Shown here piece after piece: positions 1 to 11,261 of a DNA stretch of 41,326 nucleotides. The notes beneath the pieces were generated by a model. It worked only from the letters and a program-made list of their open reading frames with translations, did not search any database and was not told the origin of the DNA. Source of the stretch: Bacillota bacterium. GTDB taxonomy: Bacteria; Bacillota; Halanaerobiia; Halanaerobiales; M55B127. Position 1 is the first letter of the stretch. Each line of letters starts with the position of its first letter. The position numbers and the translations under genes are program-made. The stretch covers positions 1 through 41,326 of the forward strand of contig JBNJDV010000005.1 in the NCBI GenBank assembly GCA_051745185.1, read 5' to 3'.

Positions 1-417
1 TGCTGATTTAAATTCTTTCCTAAAAGCAGAAATATACTTTTCTTCATTCGGTCTTGTTTCAGCTGCTCCAATACTACTACCCCTCTGCATTATCATTTGT
101 TCTCCTGAAATAGCAATAAGGGCACCAGCAGACCATGCTCTATTAGAAACAAAGGCAACTGTTTTTGTATTTGAATTTAAAATTATGTCCTTGATTTTTA
201 TTGCTGGGTCAACATATCCACCAAAAGTATCAATTTTTATTATTATAAGATCAGCATTATTTTCTTCAGCTTGGATAAAGCTTCTTTGAAAAAAAGAAAA
301 CATTGCCTGATCAATATCACCCTCGATAGGTATTTGATAGACAATGTCTTGTGCGTTTAGGCTAAATGTAAATAGAAGTATTATTATTATAGTTAATAAT
401 ATTTTATTTTTTAACAT
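1..417 (-). CDS. nfeD: NfeD/YqeZ-family membrane serine protease (ClpP-like domain), N-terminal part; runs off the window edge
   Basis: Not in the ORF track. Hand translation from ATG at 417 (SD AGAGGTGG): MLKNKILLTIIIILLFTFSLNAQDIVYQIPIEGDID...IKIDTFGGYV...NRAWSAGALIAISG...GSSIGAAE. Signal peptide plus DTxGG and AxSAG motifs; usual position downstream of the dnaK-mtaB cluster. Confidence 0.9.
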   Translation of the reverse strand, partial: MLKNKILLTIIIILLFTFSLNAQDIVYQIPIEGDIDQAMFSFFQRSFIQAEENNADLIIIKIDTFGGYVDPAIKIKDIILNSNTKTVAFVSNRAWSAGALIAISGEQMIMQRGSSIGAAETRPNEEKYISAFRKEFKSA

Positions 418-440
418 CTTTTCCACCTCTTTTTTCAATT

Positions 441-785
441 TTATCCTGGTGGCCACTGCATTTCTCTCCCTCCAAGAAGATGATAGTGGATATGAAAAAC
501 TGTCTGACCAGCCTTTTCTAAATTGTTATTAACAATTCTAAAACCTTCATCAATCAGATTATATTTTTCTGCCATTTTAACAGCCACTTTATGAATATGT
601 GCTATTATATCATACTGATCATCCTCTAGTTCAATAATATTTTCAGTATGATTTTTTGGAACAATTAATAGATGTACTGGAGCTTGTGGATTTATGTCTT
701 TAAAAACTATTACTTTCTCATCTTCATAGATTATATCGGTATCCATTTCTTTATTTGCAATTTTACAAAATAAGCAATCAGTCAC
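441..785 (-). CDS. hit: Histidine triad (HIT) nucleotide-binding protein
   Basis: DCLFCKI N-terminus, GQTVFHIHYHLLGG triad, WPPG end. Start moved to GTG 785 after SD GGAAGGGGG (track start 803). Confidence 0.95.
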   Translation of the reverse strand: MTDCLFCKIANKEMDTDIIYEDEKVIVFKDINPQAPVHLLIVPKNHTENIIELEDDQYDIIAHIHKVAVKMAEKYNLIDEGFRIVNNNLEKAGQTVFHIHYHLLGGREMQWPPG

Positions 786-823
786 AACTATACCCCCTTC
801 CATTATTATATATTATTCTTTAA

Positions 824-2164
824 CTATCCATTAAAATCCTCTTTTTTCAAAATATTACCTATAACTGTGTCATAGCTATTACACTTAGTTATTTTAACAT
901 CTTTTATTTTTTCAATATCTTCTGGTTTTGCATCTACTAATACTTTTATATAATTTTCAGTATATCCTGTATACAAACCAGTTTCTTGATCTTTATTATT
1001 TTCAACAATAATTTTTTTAGTCTGGCCTATATATTTGGAATTATATTCATACATTAGTCTCTTATTTAACAGGCGCAATCTTTTAGCATTTTTTGATTTT
1101 ATATCCCCCTTAACCTTAGGCTTCATATTATAAGCAGGAGTATTTTTTCTTCTAGAAAAAGGAAAAACATGTATCCTACTAAATCCAATTTCTTTTATGA
1201 ATTTATAGCTTTTTCTAAACTCATTTATACTTTCTCCTGGAAAACCTACTATTACATCGGTTGTAATTGCAAGTTCTGGTATGCTTTTTCTAAATGTATT
1301 AACTCTTTGTTTAAACTCTTCAACTGTATATGGCCTATTCATTTTTTTAAGTATTTTATTAGAACCACTTTGTAAAGGGATATGAAGATGTGAACACACC
1401 TTTTGATTTGTTTTAATTAGATTTAATAAACTGTCATTAACCTCAGTTACTTCTATAGAACTTAATCTTATTCGTTTTAATCCCTTTATTAAAGTTAGTT
1501 TTTTAATTAATTTAGATAAAGCATACTGATTATTATCTTCCATTCCATATGCACCAAGGTGAATACCGGTTAATACAACTTCCTTTACACCATCTTTTCT
1601 TACTAAATTTTTTACTTCTTTGAGAATGTTTTTTTCTTTCCTGCTTCTAAGTTTACCCCTTGCATAAGGTATTATACAGTAACTACAAAATTGATTACAT
1701 CCTTCTTGAATTTTTATATATGCCCTTGTGGTTTCACTTAAATCATTAATATTCATCTCTTCAAATTCTGATAATTTTGCATAATCTTTATTGTTTTTAA
1801 GTAATTTTGTTTCATTTTGAATACCTAATTTATCTTCAACTAAGTTTACAATATTGCTTTTACCAGAAGTACCTAATATATAATCTATTTCTGCAACTTC
1901 TTCAACCTCATCTATATCTACTTGTGGATAACAGCCAACCATAATAACTTTGGCATCAGTATTTTTTCTTTTAGCACGTCTGGCATATTTTCTTGATTTG
2001 CTTGCAGCTTGATTGGTAACCGTACAGCTGTTAATTATATATATATCTGCCTGTTGATCAAAATTAATTACATTATAACCTGCTTTTTTGAAATTATCCA
2101 TCATTGCTTCAGTTTCATAATGATTAACTTTACAACCAAGGGTATAAAAAGCAACACTCTTCAT
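824..2164 (-). CDS. mtaB: tRNA t6A37 methylthiotransferase MtaB
   Basis: TLGCKVNHYET UPF0004 domain, radical-SAM CNQFCSYC, C-terminal TRAM-like domain; synteny with rsmE. Confidence 0.95.
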   Translation of the reverse strand: MKSVAFYTLGCKVNHYETEAMMDNFKKAGYNVINFDQQADIYIINSCTVTNQAASKSRKYARRAKRKNTDAKVIMVGCYPQVDIDEVEEVAEIDYILGTSGKSNIVNLVEDKLGIQNETKLLKNNKDYAKLSEFEEMNINDLSETTRAYIKIQEGCNQFCSYCIIPYARGKLRSRKEKNILKEVKNLVRKDGVKEVVLTGIHLGAYGMEDNNQYALSKLIKKLTLIKGLKRIRLSSIEVTEVNDSLLNLIKTNQKVCSHLHIPLQSGSNKILKKMNRPYTVEEFKQRVNTFRKSIPELAITTDVIVGFPGESINEFRKSYKFIKEIGFSRIHVFPFSRRKNTPAYNMKPKVKGDIKSKNAKRLRLLNKRLMYEYNSKYIGQTKKIIVENNKDQETGLYTGYTENYIKVLVDAKPEDIEKIKDVKITKCNSYDTVIGNILKKEDFNG

Positions 2165-2940
2165 TATTCTCCTCCTAGCTCATCAAATTCATACATTAAA
2201 CTGGTTAAAGCAGCTAACCCGGCTGTTTCAGTCCTTAATATTCTGCTACCCAAGGTAACTATTTCAACCTTTTTATCTAAATCATTATTCTTAAACAAGT
2301 CTATTTCTTCAGGAGGAAAACCACCTTCAGGACCTATCAATACTAATATATCTGTTAACTTTTCTCTTTTATATTTTTTCAAAATCTTTTTTAAACACTG
2401 ATTTTTTGTTTTACCAGCATATAATACCAAAATTAGATCATATTTAGAAAATAATGATTGCAATTTGTTCTTATCATCAATTGATAATAAACCTTTAATC
2501 TCAGGTATTTTACCACGCTGAGACTGTTTAGCAGCCTCCTGCGCTATTTTTTGCCATCTTTTTAATCTTCTTTTTTCTTTACTGGGGGTTAATTTTACTA
2601 TAGTTCTTTTTGTATCAAGTGGAATAATATTATTAACACCCATCTCTGTACACTTTTGGATAACTAATTCAATATTTCTATTTTTTGGAACTGCCTGACC
2701 TAAATCAACTCTAATTTTTGGTTCGGACTTATTGATCTTTTTATCAATAATATCACCAAATACAGCCTTCTCAGTAAACTCTTTAAGTTCTGTTACATAA
2801 TCATAACCATCTCCAGTAGTTATAATTATCTTGTCTTTAGGTTTTAATCTTAAAGAATTAGAAATGTGGTTGAAATCATTACCTCTAATTTCAACCACAT
2901 CATTATTAACATAATTAGATTTTACAAAAAATCTATGCAT
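2164..2940 (-). CDS. rsmE: 16S rRNA m3U1498 methyltransferase RsmE
   Basis: MHRFFV start, QKCTEMGV, EAAKQSQR, IGPEGGF, LGSRILRTETA. Confidence 0.96.
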   Translation of the reverse strand: MHRFFVKSNYVNNDVVEIRGNDFNHISNSLRLKPKDKIIITTGDGYDYVTELKEFTEKAVFGDIIDKKINKSEPKIRVDLGQAVPKNRNIELVIQKCTEMGVNNIIPLDTKRTIVKLTPSKEKRRLKRWQKIAQEAAKQSQRGKIPEIKGLLSIDDKNKLQSLFSKYDLILVLYAGKTKNQCLKKILKKYKREKLTDILVLIGPEGGFPPEEIDLFKNNDLDKKVEIVTLGSRILRTETAGLAALTSLMYEFDELGGE

Positions 2941-2967
2941 AATATGCTACCATCCTATTAAAAAATT

Positions 2968-4104
2968 TTACAAAACTCCCAATGCGTCTTTTACTTTGTT
3001 AAAAAAACCTTTTTTCTCGGGATTGATTTCTTCACCACTTATATCAGCAAACTCCATTAATAGTTCCTTTTGTTTTTCGTTTAAGTCCTCTGGTATAACT
3101 ACCTTAGTTTTTATATATTGATCACCACGACCACTTCTATTTAGATGGTTCACACCTTTATTTTTCAGTCTAAATGTTGTACCAGGTTGTGTACCCTGTG
3201 GTATTTTAAACTTAACTTTACCATCAAGAGTAGGTACTTGAATTTCATCTCCTAAAGTAGCTTGTACAAAGTTTATTGGTACTTCACAGTATATATCATC
3301 ACCTTTTCTATCAAATAGTTCATGTTCTTCTACATTAATTAGAATATATAAATCTCCGCTTGGTGCATTTTTTTCTCCTGCTTCACCTTCATTTGACATT
3401 CTCAATTTACTACCATTATTTACTCCGGCAGGTATGTTAATTGTAAGTTTTCTTCTACGTTTAACTTTTCCTGTACCATGACAATTTGAACAGGGATTTT
3501 CAACAATTTCTCCTGAACCTCCACATTTATCACAGGTTCTTGTTTGTGCAAACTGTCCGAATGGTGTCTGTTGAGTGACCCTTATTTGTCCTCTACCATT
3601 ACATTTAGAACAAGTTTTTACATCTGATGCTGATTCAGCTCCGGTTCCATCACATACCGGACATTCTTCGGTTCTTGGAATTGTAATTTTCTTTTTAGTT
3701 CCAAAAGCAGCTTCTTTAAAAGATATATTTAGCTTATACTGTAAATCTCTACCTCGTTGTGGACTATTACGACGGCGATTCATACCGCCTATTCCACCAC
3801 CGAAGAACATATCGAATATATCTTCAAATCCTCCAAAACCTCCTCTGGCAAAATCATCAAAATTAAAGTCATCTTCATTGATACCAGAGTGTCCATATTG
3901 ATCATATCTTTTTCTTTTATCTGGATTGCTTAAAATTTCATAGGCTTCAGATATTTCTTTAAATTTTTCACTTGATTTGTTTTCACCATCATTCATATCC
4001 GGATGATACTTTTTAGCTAATTTTCTATATGCTTTTTTAATTTCTTTTTGGGATGCATCTTTGCTAACACCCAGGATATCATAATAGTCTTTTTTACCTG
4101 GCAT
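2968..4104 (-). CDS. dnaJ: Chaperone DnaJ
   Basis: J domain with HPD, G/F-rich linker, four CxxCxGxG repeats. Confidence 0.98.
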   Translation of the reverse strand: MPGKKDYYDILGVSKDASQKEIKKAYRKLAKKYHPDMNDGENKSSEKFKEISEAYEILSNPDKRKRYDQYGHSGINEDDFNFDDFARGGFGGFEDIFDMFFGGGIGGMNRRRNSPQRGRDLQYKLNISFKEAAFGTKKKITIPRTEECPVCDGTGAESASDVKTCSKCNGRGQIRVTQQTPFGQFAQTRTCDKCGGSGEIVENPCSNCHGTGKVKRRRKLTINIPAGVNNGSKLRMSNEGEAGEKNAPSGDLYILINVEEHELFDRKGDDIYCEVPINFVQATLGDEIQVPTLDGKVKFKIPQGTQPGTTFRLKNKGVNHLNRSGRGDQYIKTKVVIPEDLNEKQKELLMEFADISGEEINPEKKGFFNKVKDALGVL

Positions 4105-4132
4105 TAAAAATCACCTCATATATAATACAATC

Positions 4133-4160
4133 AAAAAAAGGGGAAGAAACCCCTTTTTTT
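4133..4160 (-). terminator. Intrinsic terminator/stem-loop between dnaK and dnaJ
   Basis: AAAAAAAGGGG-aagaaa-CCCCTTTTTTT inverted repeat, extended by flanking TATAATAC/GTATTATA. Confidence 0.8.
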
Positions 4161-4180
4161 GTATTATAACATAATTATTA

Positions 4181-6034
4181 TTATTTTTCATCATCTACTT
4201 CTTCATAGTCTACATCAACGGTATCGTCATCTTCTGAATCTGTACTTTGTTGTTGAGCTCCTGTTTGTCCCTGTGGACCTGCTTGTCCTTGAGCTCCTTC
4301 TTGAGTTTGTGAATACAATTGTGAACTTAACTCTGTCAATTCTTCATTTAAAGCTTCCATCTTTTCTTCAATTAAATGAATGTCATCTTCTTTTATAGCA
4401 TCTTTAAGTTCGTCTTTTGCATCTTCGACTTTATTAATTATGCTTTCATCAACTTTATCATCTGCTTTTTTAAGAGTTTTTTCTGTTGTATGAACTAAAG
4501 CATCTGCTTCATTTTTAGTTTCAACTTCTTTTCTTTTCTTTTCATCTTCTTCTGCGTGTTCTTCTGCTTCTTTTACCATTTCTTCAATTTCTTCTTCAGA
4601 TAAACCTGAGGAAGACTTTATTGTAATTTTTTGTTCATTTCCAGTTCCTTTATCTTTAGCTGATACATGTACGATACCATTTTCATCAATATCAAATTCG
4701 ACTTCAATTTGTGGTACTCCACGAGGTGCGGGTGGTATATCAGTCAACTGAAATCTTCCTAATGTTTTATTGTGTTTAGCCATTTCTCTTTCACCCTGTA
4801 GAACATGAATGTCTACAGCTGTTTGATTGTCCTGAGCAGTAGAGAATACTTTGCTTTTTGAAGTTGGGATTGTTGTGTTTCTATCTATTAATTTAGTAAA
4901 TACTCCACCAAGTGTTTCAATACCTAATGACAACGGAGTTACATCTAACAGTACTATATCATCAACCTCACCTGATAGTACACCACCTTGAATTGCAGCA
5001 CCAACTGCTACAACTTCATCTGGATTAATACCTTTGTGTGCTTCTTTACCAACTTTGTTTTTCACTGCTTCTTGTACTGCAGGAATTCTGGTAGATCCAC
5101 CTACTAAAATAACTTCATCTATATCTGATGGACTAAATCCAGCATCATTTAATGCTTTCTCAGTTGGTCCCATAGTCTTATTTATTAGATCTTCAACTAA
5201 TTCTTCAAACTTTGCTCTTGTTATATCTACATCTAAGTGCTTTGGACCTGAATCTGTTTGTGTTATAAATGGTAAATTAACATTAGTTTGTTTAACACTA
5301 GAAAGTTCAATCTTTGCTTTTTCAGCAGCATCTTTTAAGCGCTGTAAAGCCATTCTATCATCTCTAAGGTCTATACCCGTTTCACTTTTGAATTCATCAG
5401 CTAAATAATCTATTAGTCTTTGATCAAAGTCGTCTCCACCAAGTTTATTGTTACCATTAGTAGATATTACTTCAAATACTCCATCTCCTAACTCAAGTAT
5501 GGAAACATCAAATGTACCTCCACCTAAGTCAAATACTAAAATAGTTTGTTCTTTATCGTCATCTAAACCATAAGCTAATGATGCAGCAGTAGGTTCATTA
5601 ATTATTCTTTTAACAGTTAATCCTGCAATTTTACCTGCATCTTTTGTAGCTTGTCTCTGTGCATCTGAGAAATATGCTGGTACGGTAATTACGGCTTCAT
5701 TTACATCTTCACCTAAGTATTCTTCAGCATCTTTTTTCATCTTTTGTAGTATCATGGCAGAAATTTCTTGTGGAGTATATTCATTGTCTCCCATTTTTTC
5801 TTTTATATCTCTACCCATATCTCTTTTTATTGAAGCTATAGTGTTATCCGGATTTGTTATAGCTTGACGCTTAGCATATTCGCCTACTAGTCTCTCCCCT
5901 TTTTTTGAATAAGCAACTACTGAGGGAGTAGTTCTTTTACCTTCTTTATTTGGTACTACAGTTGGTTCTCCACCTTCCATAACAGCCATACATGAATTTG
6001 TTGTGCCTAAGTCAATTCCTAATATCTTACTCAT
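4181..6034 (-). CDS. dnaK: Chaperone DnaK
   Basis: [28 protein letters not shown]; Firmicute-type length of 617 aa. Confidence 0.99.
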   Translation of the reverse strand: MSKILGIDLGTTNSCMAVMEGGEPTVVPNKEGKRTTPSVVAYSKKGERLVGEYAKRQAITNPDNTIASIKRDMGRDIKEKMGDNEYTPQEISAMILQKMKKDAEEYLGEDVNEAVITVPAYFSDAQRQATKDAGKIAGLTVKRIINEPTAASLAYGLDDDKEQTILVFDLGGGTFDVSILELGDGVFEVISTNGNNKLGGDDFDQRLIDYLADEFKSETGIDLRDDRMALQRLKDAAEKAKIELSSVKQTNVNLPFITQTDSGPKHLDVDITRAKFEELVEDLINKTMGPTEKALNDAGFSPSDIDEVILVGGSTRIPAVQEAVKNKVGKEAHKGINPDEVVAVGAAIQGGVLSGEVDDIVLLDVTPLSLGIETLGGVFTKLIDRNTTIPTSKSKVFSTAQDNQTAVDIHVLQGEREMAKHNKTLGRFQLTDIPPAPRGVPQIEVEFDIDENGIVHVSAKDKGTGNEQKITIKSSSGLSEEEIEEMVKEAEEHAEEDEKKRKEVETKNEADALVHTTEKTLKKADDKVDESIINKVEDAKDELKDAIKEDDIHLIEEKMEALNEELTELSSQLYSQTQEGAQGQAGPQGQTGAQQQSTDSEDDDTVDVDYEEVDDEK

Positions 6035-6075
6035 TAACGATTCCTCCCTTTAGATTCAATAATTTATATATTTTA

Positions 6076-6663
6076 CTAGATAGCCACTTTAACCATGGCA
6101 GGTCTAACAACCTTGTCTTCCATCAAATAACCTCTTTGAACTTCTTCAACAACATAGCCTGATTCATATTCATCAGACTCTATCTGCATAATTGCTTCAT
6201 GATACTGAGGGTCAAATTCTTGACCTTCGGTTTCAATAATTTCTAATCCTTCTTTTTGTAATACATCTAAAAGTTGTTTATATATCATTTGAACACCTGA
6301 AAGGAACTCTGAATCTTCATCAACCGATTTCAAAGCTCTTTCAAAATTATCAATCACCGGTAAAATAGAATTTATAAATTCCATTTTAGTTCTAGATTCT
6401 ATACGACTTTTTTCTTTCTTTGTTCTACTTCTATAATTTACAAAATCTGCTTTCATTCTTTTTAATTTATTTAAATATTCATCCTTTTCCTCAGTTACAG
6501 CACCTAATTCCTCTTTTATTTGGTCTAATCTTTCTTCTAATAATTCTTCAGTTATATCTTCTTCAAGGTTTACTGTTTCATTTGTTTTACTATTATCATT
6601 TTTATTATCATTCAAACCTTCTTCATTTTCAAATTCTTGGTTTTTATTTTCTTCTGACACCAT
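6076..6663 (-). CDS. grpE: Nucleotide exchange factor GrpE
   Basis: ADFVNYR, LPVIDNFERAL, FDPQYHEA, RPAMVKV. Confidence 0.97.
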   Translation of the reverse strand: MVSEENKNQEFENEEGLNDNKNDNSKTNETVNLEEDITEELLEERLDQIKEELGAVTEEKDEYLNKLKRMKADFVNYRSRTKKEKSRIESRTKMEFINSILPVIDNFERALKSVDEDSEFLSGVQMIYKQLLDVLQKEGLEIIETEGQEFDPQYHEAIMQIESDEYESGYVVEEVQRGYLMEDKVVRPAMVKVAI

Positions 6664-6664
6664 T

Positions 6665-7714
6665 TTATTTGTTCACCTCTGAAATTATTTTACTTAAAAT
6701 ATCGGATACGATATTTACAGTTGATATTACACGTGGATACTCCATACGAGTAGGTCCTAAAACACCAATTTTACCTACTGCTTTATCACCAATAGTATAA
6801 TTGGCAATTACCACACTACAACGCTGCATTTCTTCAATTTCGTTTTCATGTCCTATTCTAACCTCAAGTTCTTTATTGTTATTTGCCTTAATTAATTTTT
6901 TCAAGTTATCTTCATGATCTAAAATATTTAAAACTTTTTTTAGATATTCAAGATCATTAAACTCTGGTTGATCTAATATATAGGATGTACCTCCTATATA
7001 TATTTTCACATCTTCTGGTTTAATTAACTCATCAATTTCTTTATTTATAATAGTAAATAATTGGTGAGATAGATTTATTTTTTTTACTAGTTCATTTTCT
7101 ATTTCTTTAAAATATTGGTCTGTTAGTTCATTTATTTCTTTATCTCTAATCTTATTTATCAAGAAATTATTAATGTATCTTATTTTTCTTTTATCTAATT
7201 CCTCTTTAATATTAATTAATTTATCACTTACAAAGCCATTATCAGTTACCATAACTAACAACAATTTATCTTCAGTTACTTTCATTAGCTGAAGTTCACT
7301 AATTTTAACATCTTTAAATTCTGGTTCAGTAATCATTGTAGCATACTTTGTAAATTCAGACAGCATTGTAGTCATACTAGATACTATACCATGTATTCCA
7401 TGTCTGTTTTTTGTTATTTCACTTAAAGTTTTAATTAACTTATCAGAATTTACTCCCTTATTTTTCATTAAAATATCAACATAATATCTATATCCTTTAT
7501 CTGAAGGAACTCGTCCTGCAGATGTATGAGGCTGCTCTAAATAACCAAGCTCTTCTAAATCTGCCATCTCATTTCTTATAGTAGCAGAACTAACGCCAAG
7601 ATCATATTTTTTAGCAATAGTACGTGATCCAATTGGTGAAGCTGTTATAATATGTTCTTGAATGATGGCGTGTAGTATACTGTTTTTTCTTTCATCTAAA
7701 TTTTTTACCATCAT
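6665..7714 (-). CDS. hrcA: Heat-inducible transcription repressor HrcA
   Basis: SSATIRNEMADLEELGYLEQPHTSAGRVPSDKGYRYYVD and GPTRMEY. Confidence 0.98.
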   Translation of the reverse strand: MMVKNLDERKNSILHAIIQEHIITASPIGSRTIAKKYDLGVSSATIRNEMADLEELGYLEQPHTSAGRVPSDKGYRYYVDILMKNKGVNSDKLIKTLSEITKNRHGIHGIVSSMTTMLSEFTKYATMITEPEFKDVKISELQLMKVTEDKLLLVMVTDNGFVSDKLINIKEELDKRKIRYINNFLINKIRDKEINELTDQYFKEIENELVKKINLSHQLFTIINKEIDELIKPEDVKIYIGGTSYILDQPEFNDLEYLKKVLNILDHEDNLKKLIKANNNKELEVRIGHENEIEEMQRCSVVIANYTIGDKAVGKIGVLGPTRMEYPRVISTVNIVSDILSKIISEVNK

Positions 7715-7728
7715 CTCTCACCTCTTTT

Positions 7729-7755
7729 TTAGCACTCGACTAAATAGAGTGCTAA
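7729..7755. promoter_or_regulatory. CIRCE operator (HrcA binding site)
   Basis: Exact TTAGCACTC-N9(gactaaata)-GAGTGCTAA just upstream of the hrcA SD. Confidence 0.98.
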
Positions 7756-7766
7756 TAACTATTAAT

Positions 7767-7795
7767 AAAATAACATATCACTCTTACTTTGTCAA
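7767..7795 (-). promoter_or_regulatory. SigA-type promoter of hrcA-grpE-dnaK
   Basis: Minus strand TTGACA-17 nt-TATTTT with extended -10 TG, directly before CIRCE. Confidence 0.8.
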
Positions 7796-7816
7796 ATACT
7801 TTTAATACTATTTTGT

Positions 7817-8968
7817 CTACAAGAGAAATTCTGAAAACACTTTATTACCAAGGTTTAGACCTTTTTTTGTTAAGTATATTTTTTTATTATCTTCAGCTAA
7901 TAAACCCTGTTTTTTTAAATCAATAATCACATCTTTATATACATTATTTAAAGAACGTTCAAATCTATTTTCAAAATCCTTTTTGTTAATTCCATCTAAT
8001 AATCTTAAGCCCATAATCATTCTTTCGGATATCAATTCATCCTGTGATAAATAAATAATGCTGTCAACAGGAAGCTTTTCTTCCTTAAGCTGGTCTATAT
8101 ACTCTTTTAAATTAATAAAATTATAGTATCTGTTATGGCCATTAAATCCATGAGCGCTTGGTCCAAGTCCTAAATATGGTCTGTAATTCCAGTAGATTAA
8201 ATTATGTTTTGATTTGTAGTTCTCTTTTGCAAAATTGGAAATCTCATAATGCTTATATCCAGCATTTTCAAAAACATCTATGGCATTGTTATACATTTTA
8301 TAATCAAGTTCTTCTGAAATTGTTGTTATATTGCCCGATTGATATTGTTTATACAATAATGTTCCTTCTTCTATCTGCAGATTATATAATGATATATGAG
8401 GTGGACTATATTTCAATACTTTGTCTAGATTAAATTTAAAATCATCATATTTTTGACCTGGTAAAGCAAATATCAAATCAATATTATAATTACTCATCTG
8501 CTTTTGCAGTATCTCAATTATACTTATCGCTTTTTTTGAATCATGAATTCTGCCTAAAATATTCAATTCTTTATTTATAAAAGACTGTATTCCTATACTT
8601 ATTCTATTTATACCAACTTGTTTATATTCAACTACCTTCTTTTCATTTAAACTATCTGGGTTAGATTCCATTGTTATTTCAATATTATTTGCTATATCAA
8701 AATTTTTATCTATTTGGTTCAATAGATTATCAACTTCAATTGGAGATAACAAGCTGGGGGTACCGCCCCCAATATATATTGTTTTAATTTGTTTATTATC
8801 TAAAGCTTTTGAATATAGTTGAATTTCTTTATTTAAATATTTTAAGTATTCCTTCAGATTATCATTTTTATAGTTAATTGAGTAAAAATCACAATAGCTG
8901 CATTTTTTCCTACAATAAGGAATATGAATATATAATCCAAACTCATCTTCATAATTCAAAAATTTATT
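7817..8968 (-). CDS. hemW: Radical-SAM heme chaperone HemW
   Basis: [26 protein letters not shown] (HNxxYW). Start probably MNKF at 8968, overlapping the lepA stop (track start 8986). Confidence 0.93.
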   Translation of the reverse strand, partial: NKFLNYEDEFGLYIHIPYCRKKCSYCDFYSINYKNDNLKEYLKYLNKEIQLYSKALDNKQIKTIYIGGGTPSLLSPIEVDNLLNQIDKNFDIANNIEITMESNPDSLNEKKVVEYKQVGINRISIGIQSFINKELNILGRIHDSKKAISIIEILQKQMSNYNIDLIFALPGQKYDDFKFNLDKVLKYSPPHISLYNLQIEEGTLLYKQYQSGNITTISEELDYKMYNNAIDVFENAGYKHYEISNFAKENYKSKHNLIYWNYRPYLGLGPSAHGFNGHNRYYNFINLKEYIDQLKEEKLPVDSIIYLSQDELISERMIMGLRLLDGINKKDFENRFERSLNNVYKDVIIDLKKQGLLAEDNKKIYLTKKGLNLGNKVFSEFLL

Positions 8969-10751
8969 CATCGTCATCCCTTTCAAGTACAGCCATAAAT
9001 GCTTCTTGTGGAATTTCTACTTTGCCAACCATTTTCATTCTTTTTTTTCCTTCTTTTTGTTTTTCAAGAAGTTTACGTTTACGACTTATATCTCCACCAT
9101 AACATTTTTGTAAAACATCTTTTCTTTGAGCAGGAATATTAACTCTGGCCAAAACATTATTGTCAATAGCTGCCTGTACAGGAACCTTAAACATCTGTTT
9201 AGGTATTAATTTTTTTAACTTTCTAACTAGTTTTTGTCCCTGTTGACGTGCCTTATCTTTAAAGACAATAGTTGATAATGCATCAACCGGTTCTTTGTTT
9301 ACCAGTATATCTAATTTTACTAAATCTGATTCTTCATATCCAATCATATCATAATCAAGTGTTGCATAACCTCTCGATTTTGATTTTAATTGATTAAAAA
9401 AGTCTGTAATTATCTCGCTTAATGGCATTTTATACTTTAATGCAACACGATTTTCATCTACATACTGCATATCTATAAACTCACCACGGTTTGTCTGACA
9501 TAATTCCATAATTGAACCGATATATTCTTCAGGTACATGAACCGTAGCTTCTACATATGGTTCTTTAATAACCTTTACTTCATTTTGATCAGGAAAATCA
9601 GCTGGGTTTTCAATATGAAGCTGTTCATTAGACTCTGTTTCTATCTTGTATATTACACTTGGTGCAGTAGTTATCAGATCAATATCATATTCTCTTTCTA
9701 ATCTTTCCTGAATTATCTCCATGTGTAGTAATCCTAAAAAACCACATCTAAAGCCAAAACCTAATGCTTCTGAGGTTTCAGGTTCAAAAATTAATGAAGC
9801 ATCATTTAGCTGTAGTTTTTCTAAAGCATCTTTTAATAAGTTAAAATCATTATTATCAGATGGATAAAGTCCACTATATACCATTGGTTTAACCTTTTTA
9901 TAACCGGGCAGAGGTTTTTCTGCAGGATTGTTTGATAAAGTTATTGTATCCCCAACTCTACAGTTTCTAACATCTTTAATACCTGCTATTATATATCCTA
10001 CTTCACCTGCAGTTAATGTTTCTACTGCAGTCATTGTAGGATTAAATATTCCAACTTCATCAACTTCATATTTTTTATTATTAGCCATCATCTTAATATT
10101 ATCATTTACACTGATTTTACCATCTATAATTCTTACATATGCAATAACACCTTGATATGAATCATAAACAGAATCAAATACTAAAGCCCTTAATGGTTTT
10201 GATGTATTATCGTGGGGGGCTGGTATTCTATCAATAACAGCATTTAATACTTCTTCAATATTAGTTCCTTCTTTAGCACTGGTCAAAATTGCTTCATCTG
10301 GATCTATACCAATTTCCATTAGTTGTTCCTTTACCATATTTGGTTTAGCTCTGTCTAAATCTATTTTATTTATAACTGGTATAATTTCAAGATCATTCTC
10401 TAATGCCAAATATATATTAGCCATAGTTTGAGCTTCAACTCCCTGGGCTGCATCTATTACTAACAATGCACCTTCCGCTGCTGCTAAACTTTTTGATACT
10501 TCATAAGTAAAATCAACATGACCAGGAGTATCTATTAAATTAAGCTCATAACCATTATAATTAATTCTAACCGCCTGAGCCTTTATTGTAATACCGCGTT
10601 CTCTTTCCAAATCCATATTATCAAGAACCTGTTCTTTCATATCTCGACCAGATATTGTATTTGTAAATTCCAGAATACGGTCAGCAAGTGTTGATTTGCC
10701 ATGATCTATATGTGCTATAATACAAAAATTTCTTATATGCTGACAGTCCAT
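8964..10751 (-). CDS. lepA: Elongation factor 4 (LepA)
   Basis: [50 protein letters not shown]. Confidence 0.99.
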   Translation of the reverse strand: MDCQHIRNFCIIAHIDHGKSTLADRILEFTNTISGRDMKEQVLDNMDLERERGITIKAQAVRINYNGYELNLIDTPGHVDFTYEVSKSLAAAEGALLVIDAAQGVEAQTMANIYLALENDLEIIPVINKIDLDRAKPNMVKEQLMEIGIDPDEAILTSAKEGTNIEEVLNAVIDRIPAPHDNTSKPLRALVFDSVYDSYQGVIAYVRIIDGKISVNDNIKMMANNKKYEVDEVGIFNPTMTAVETLTAGEVGYIIAGIKDVRNCRVGDTITLSNNPAEKPLPGYKKVKPMVYSGLYPSDNNDFNLLKDALEKLQLNDASLIFEPETSEALGFGFRCGFLGLLHMEIIQERLEREYDIDLITTAPSVIYKIETESNEQLHIENPADFPDQNEVKVIKEPYVEATVHVPEEYIGSIMELCQTNRGEFIDMQYVDENRVALKYKMPLSEIITDFFNQLKSKSRGYATLDYDMIGYEESDLVKLDILVNKEPVDALSTIVFKDKARQQGQKLVRKLKKLIPKQMFKVPVQAAIDNNVLARVNIPAQRKDVLQKCYGGDISRKRKLLEKQKEGKKRMKMVGKVEIPQEAFMAVLERDDDE

Positions 10752-10787
10752 AGTTTTCCCCTTTCTATATATAAATACCTGCTGCTA

Positions 10788-10882
10788 ATTATAACATTGT
10801 ATATTTCATTTATCAAGATTGCAAAAGATTCAACAATAATATGAGTTAAAAGCTTGCATTTTTATATATCTAATGTTAAAAT
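10788..10882. promoter_or_regulatory. Divergent SigA-type promoters for lepA (-) and rpsT (+)
   Basis: Minus: TTGATA(10811-16)-17-TATAAT(10788-93). Plus: TTGCAT(10854-59)-17-TAAAAT(10877-82). Both have extended -10 TG. Confidence 0.7.
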
Positions 10883-10947
10883 TGATATGTTGCAAATTTA
10901 GGAAACACCATATAAATATATCGTTCACTTACAAGGAGGTGAAAGTT

Positions 10948-11211
10948 GTGCCTATTATTGAATCTGCGAAGAAAAGAGTAAAAACTGCTGAAAAGAAAAG
11001 AAAAGTTAACAGACGCTGGAAGGATAAGCTAAAAAATACTATAAAAAACTATGAAGCAGCTATCGAAGATGGTAATGTTGAAAAAGCTGAAGAATTATTA
11101 CCCGAAACTTATAAAATTATTGATAAAGCTGCATCTCATAACATTATTCATAAAAACAATGCTGCTAGAAAGAAATCAAAAATGAAGAAAATGCTTAATA
11201 AAATTAAATAA
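10948..11211 (+). CDS. rpsT: 30S ribosomal protein S20
   Basis: PIIESAKKRVK...IDKAA...IHKNNAARKKS; GTG start at 10948 after SD AAGGAGGTG (track start 10873 is too early). Confidence 0.97.
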   Translation: MPIIESAKKRVKTAEKKRKVNRRWKDKLKNTIKNYEAAIEDGNVEKAEELLPETYKIIDKAASHNIIHKNNAARKKSKMKKMLNKIK

Positions 11212-11226
11212 TATAGTATTTTAAAA

Positions 11227-11260
11227 GGCTTATTCTGCTTAAAGAATAAGCCGTTTATTT
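11227..11260. terminator. Bidirectional terminator between rpsT and holA
   Basis: GGCTTATTCT-gcttaa-AGAATAAGCC with A/T tracts on both sides. Confidence 0.88.
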
Positions 11261-11261
11261 T

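Noticed and set aside
1923-1931. Perfect DnaA box TGTGGATAA, plus a near match at 22262
   Set aside because: Isolated single sites inside mtaB and the T-box leader; no cluster or origin context.
4230-4320. Gln/Gly-rich repeat-like tail in DnaK
   Set aside because: Ordinary disordered DnaK C-terminus.
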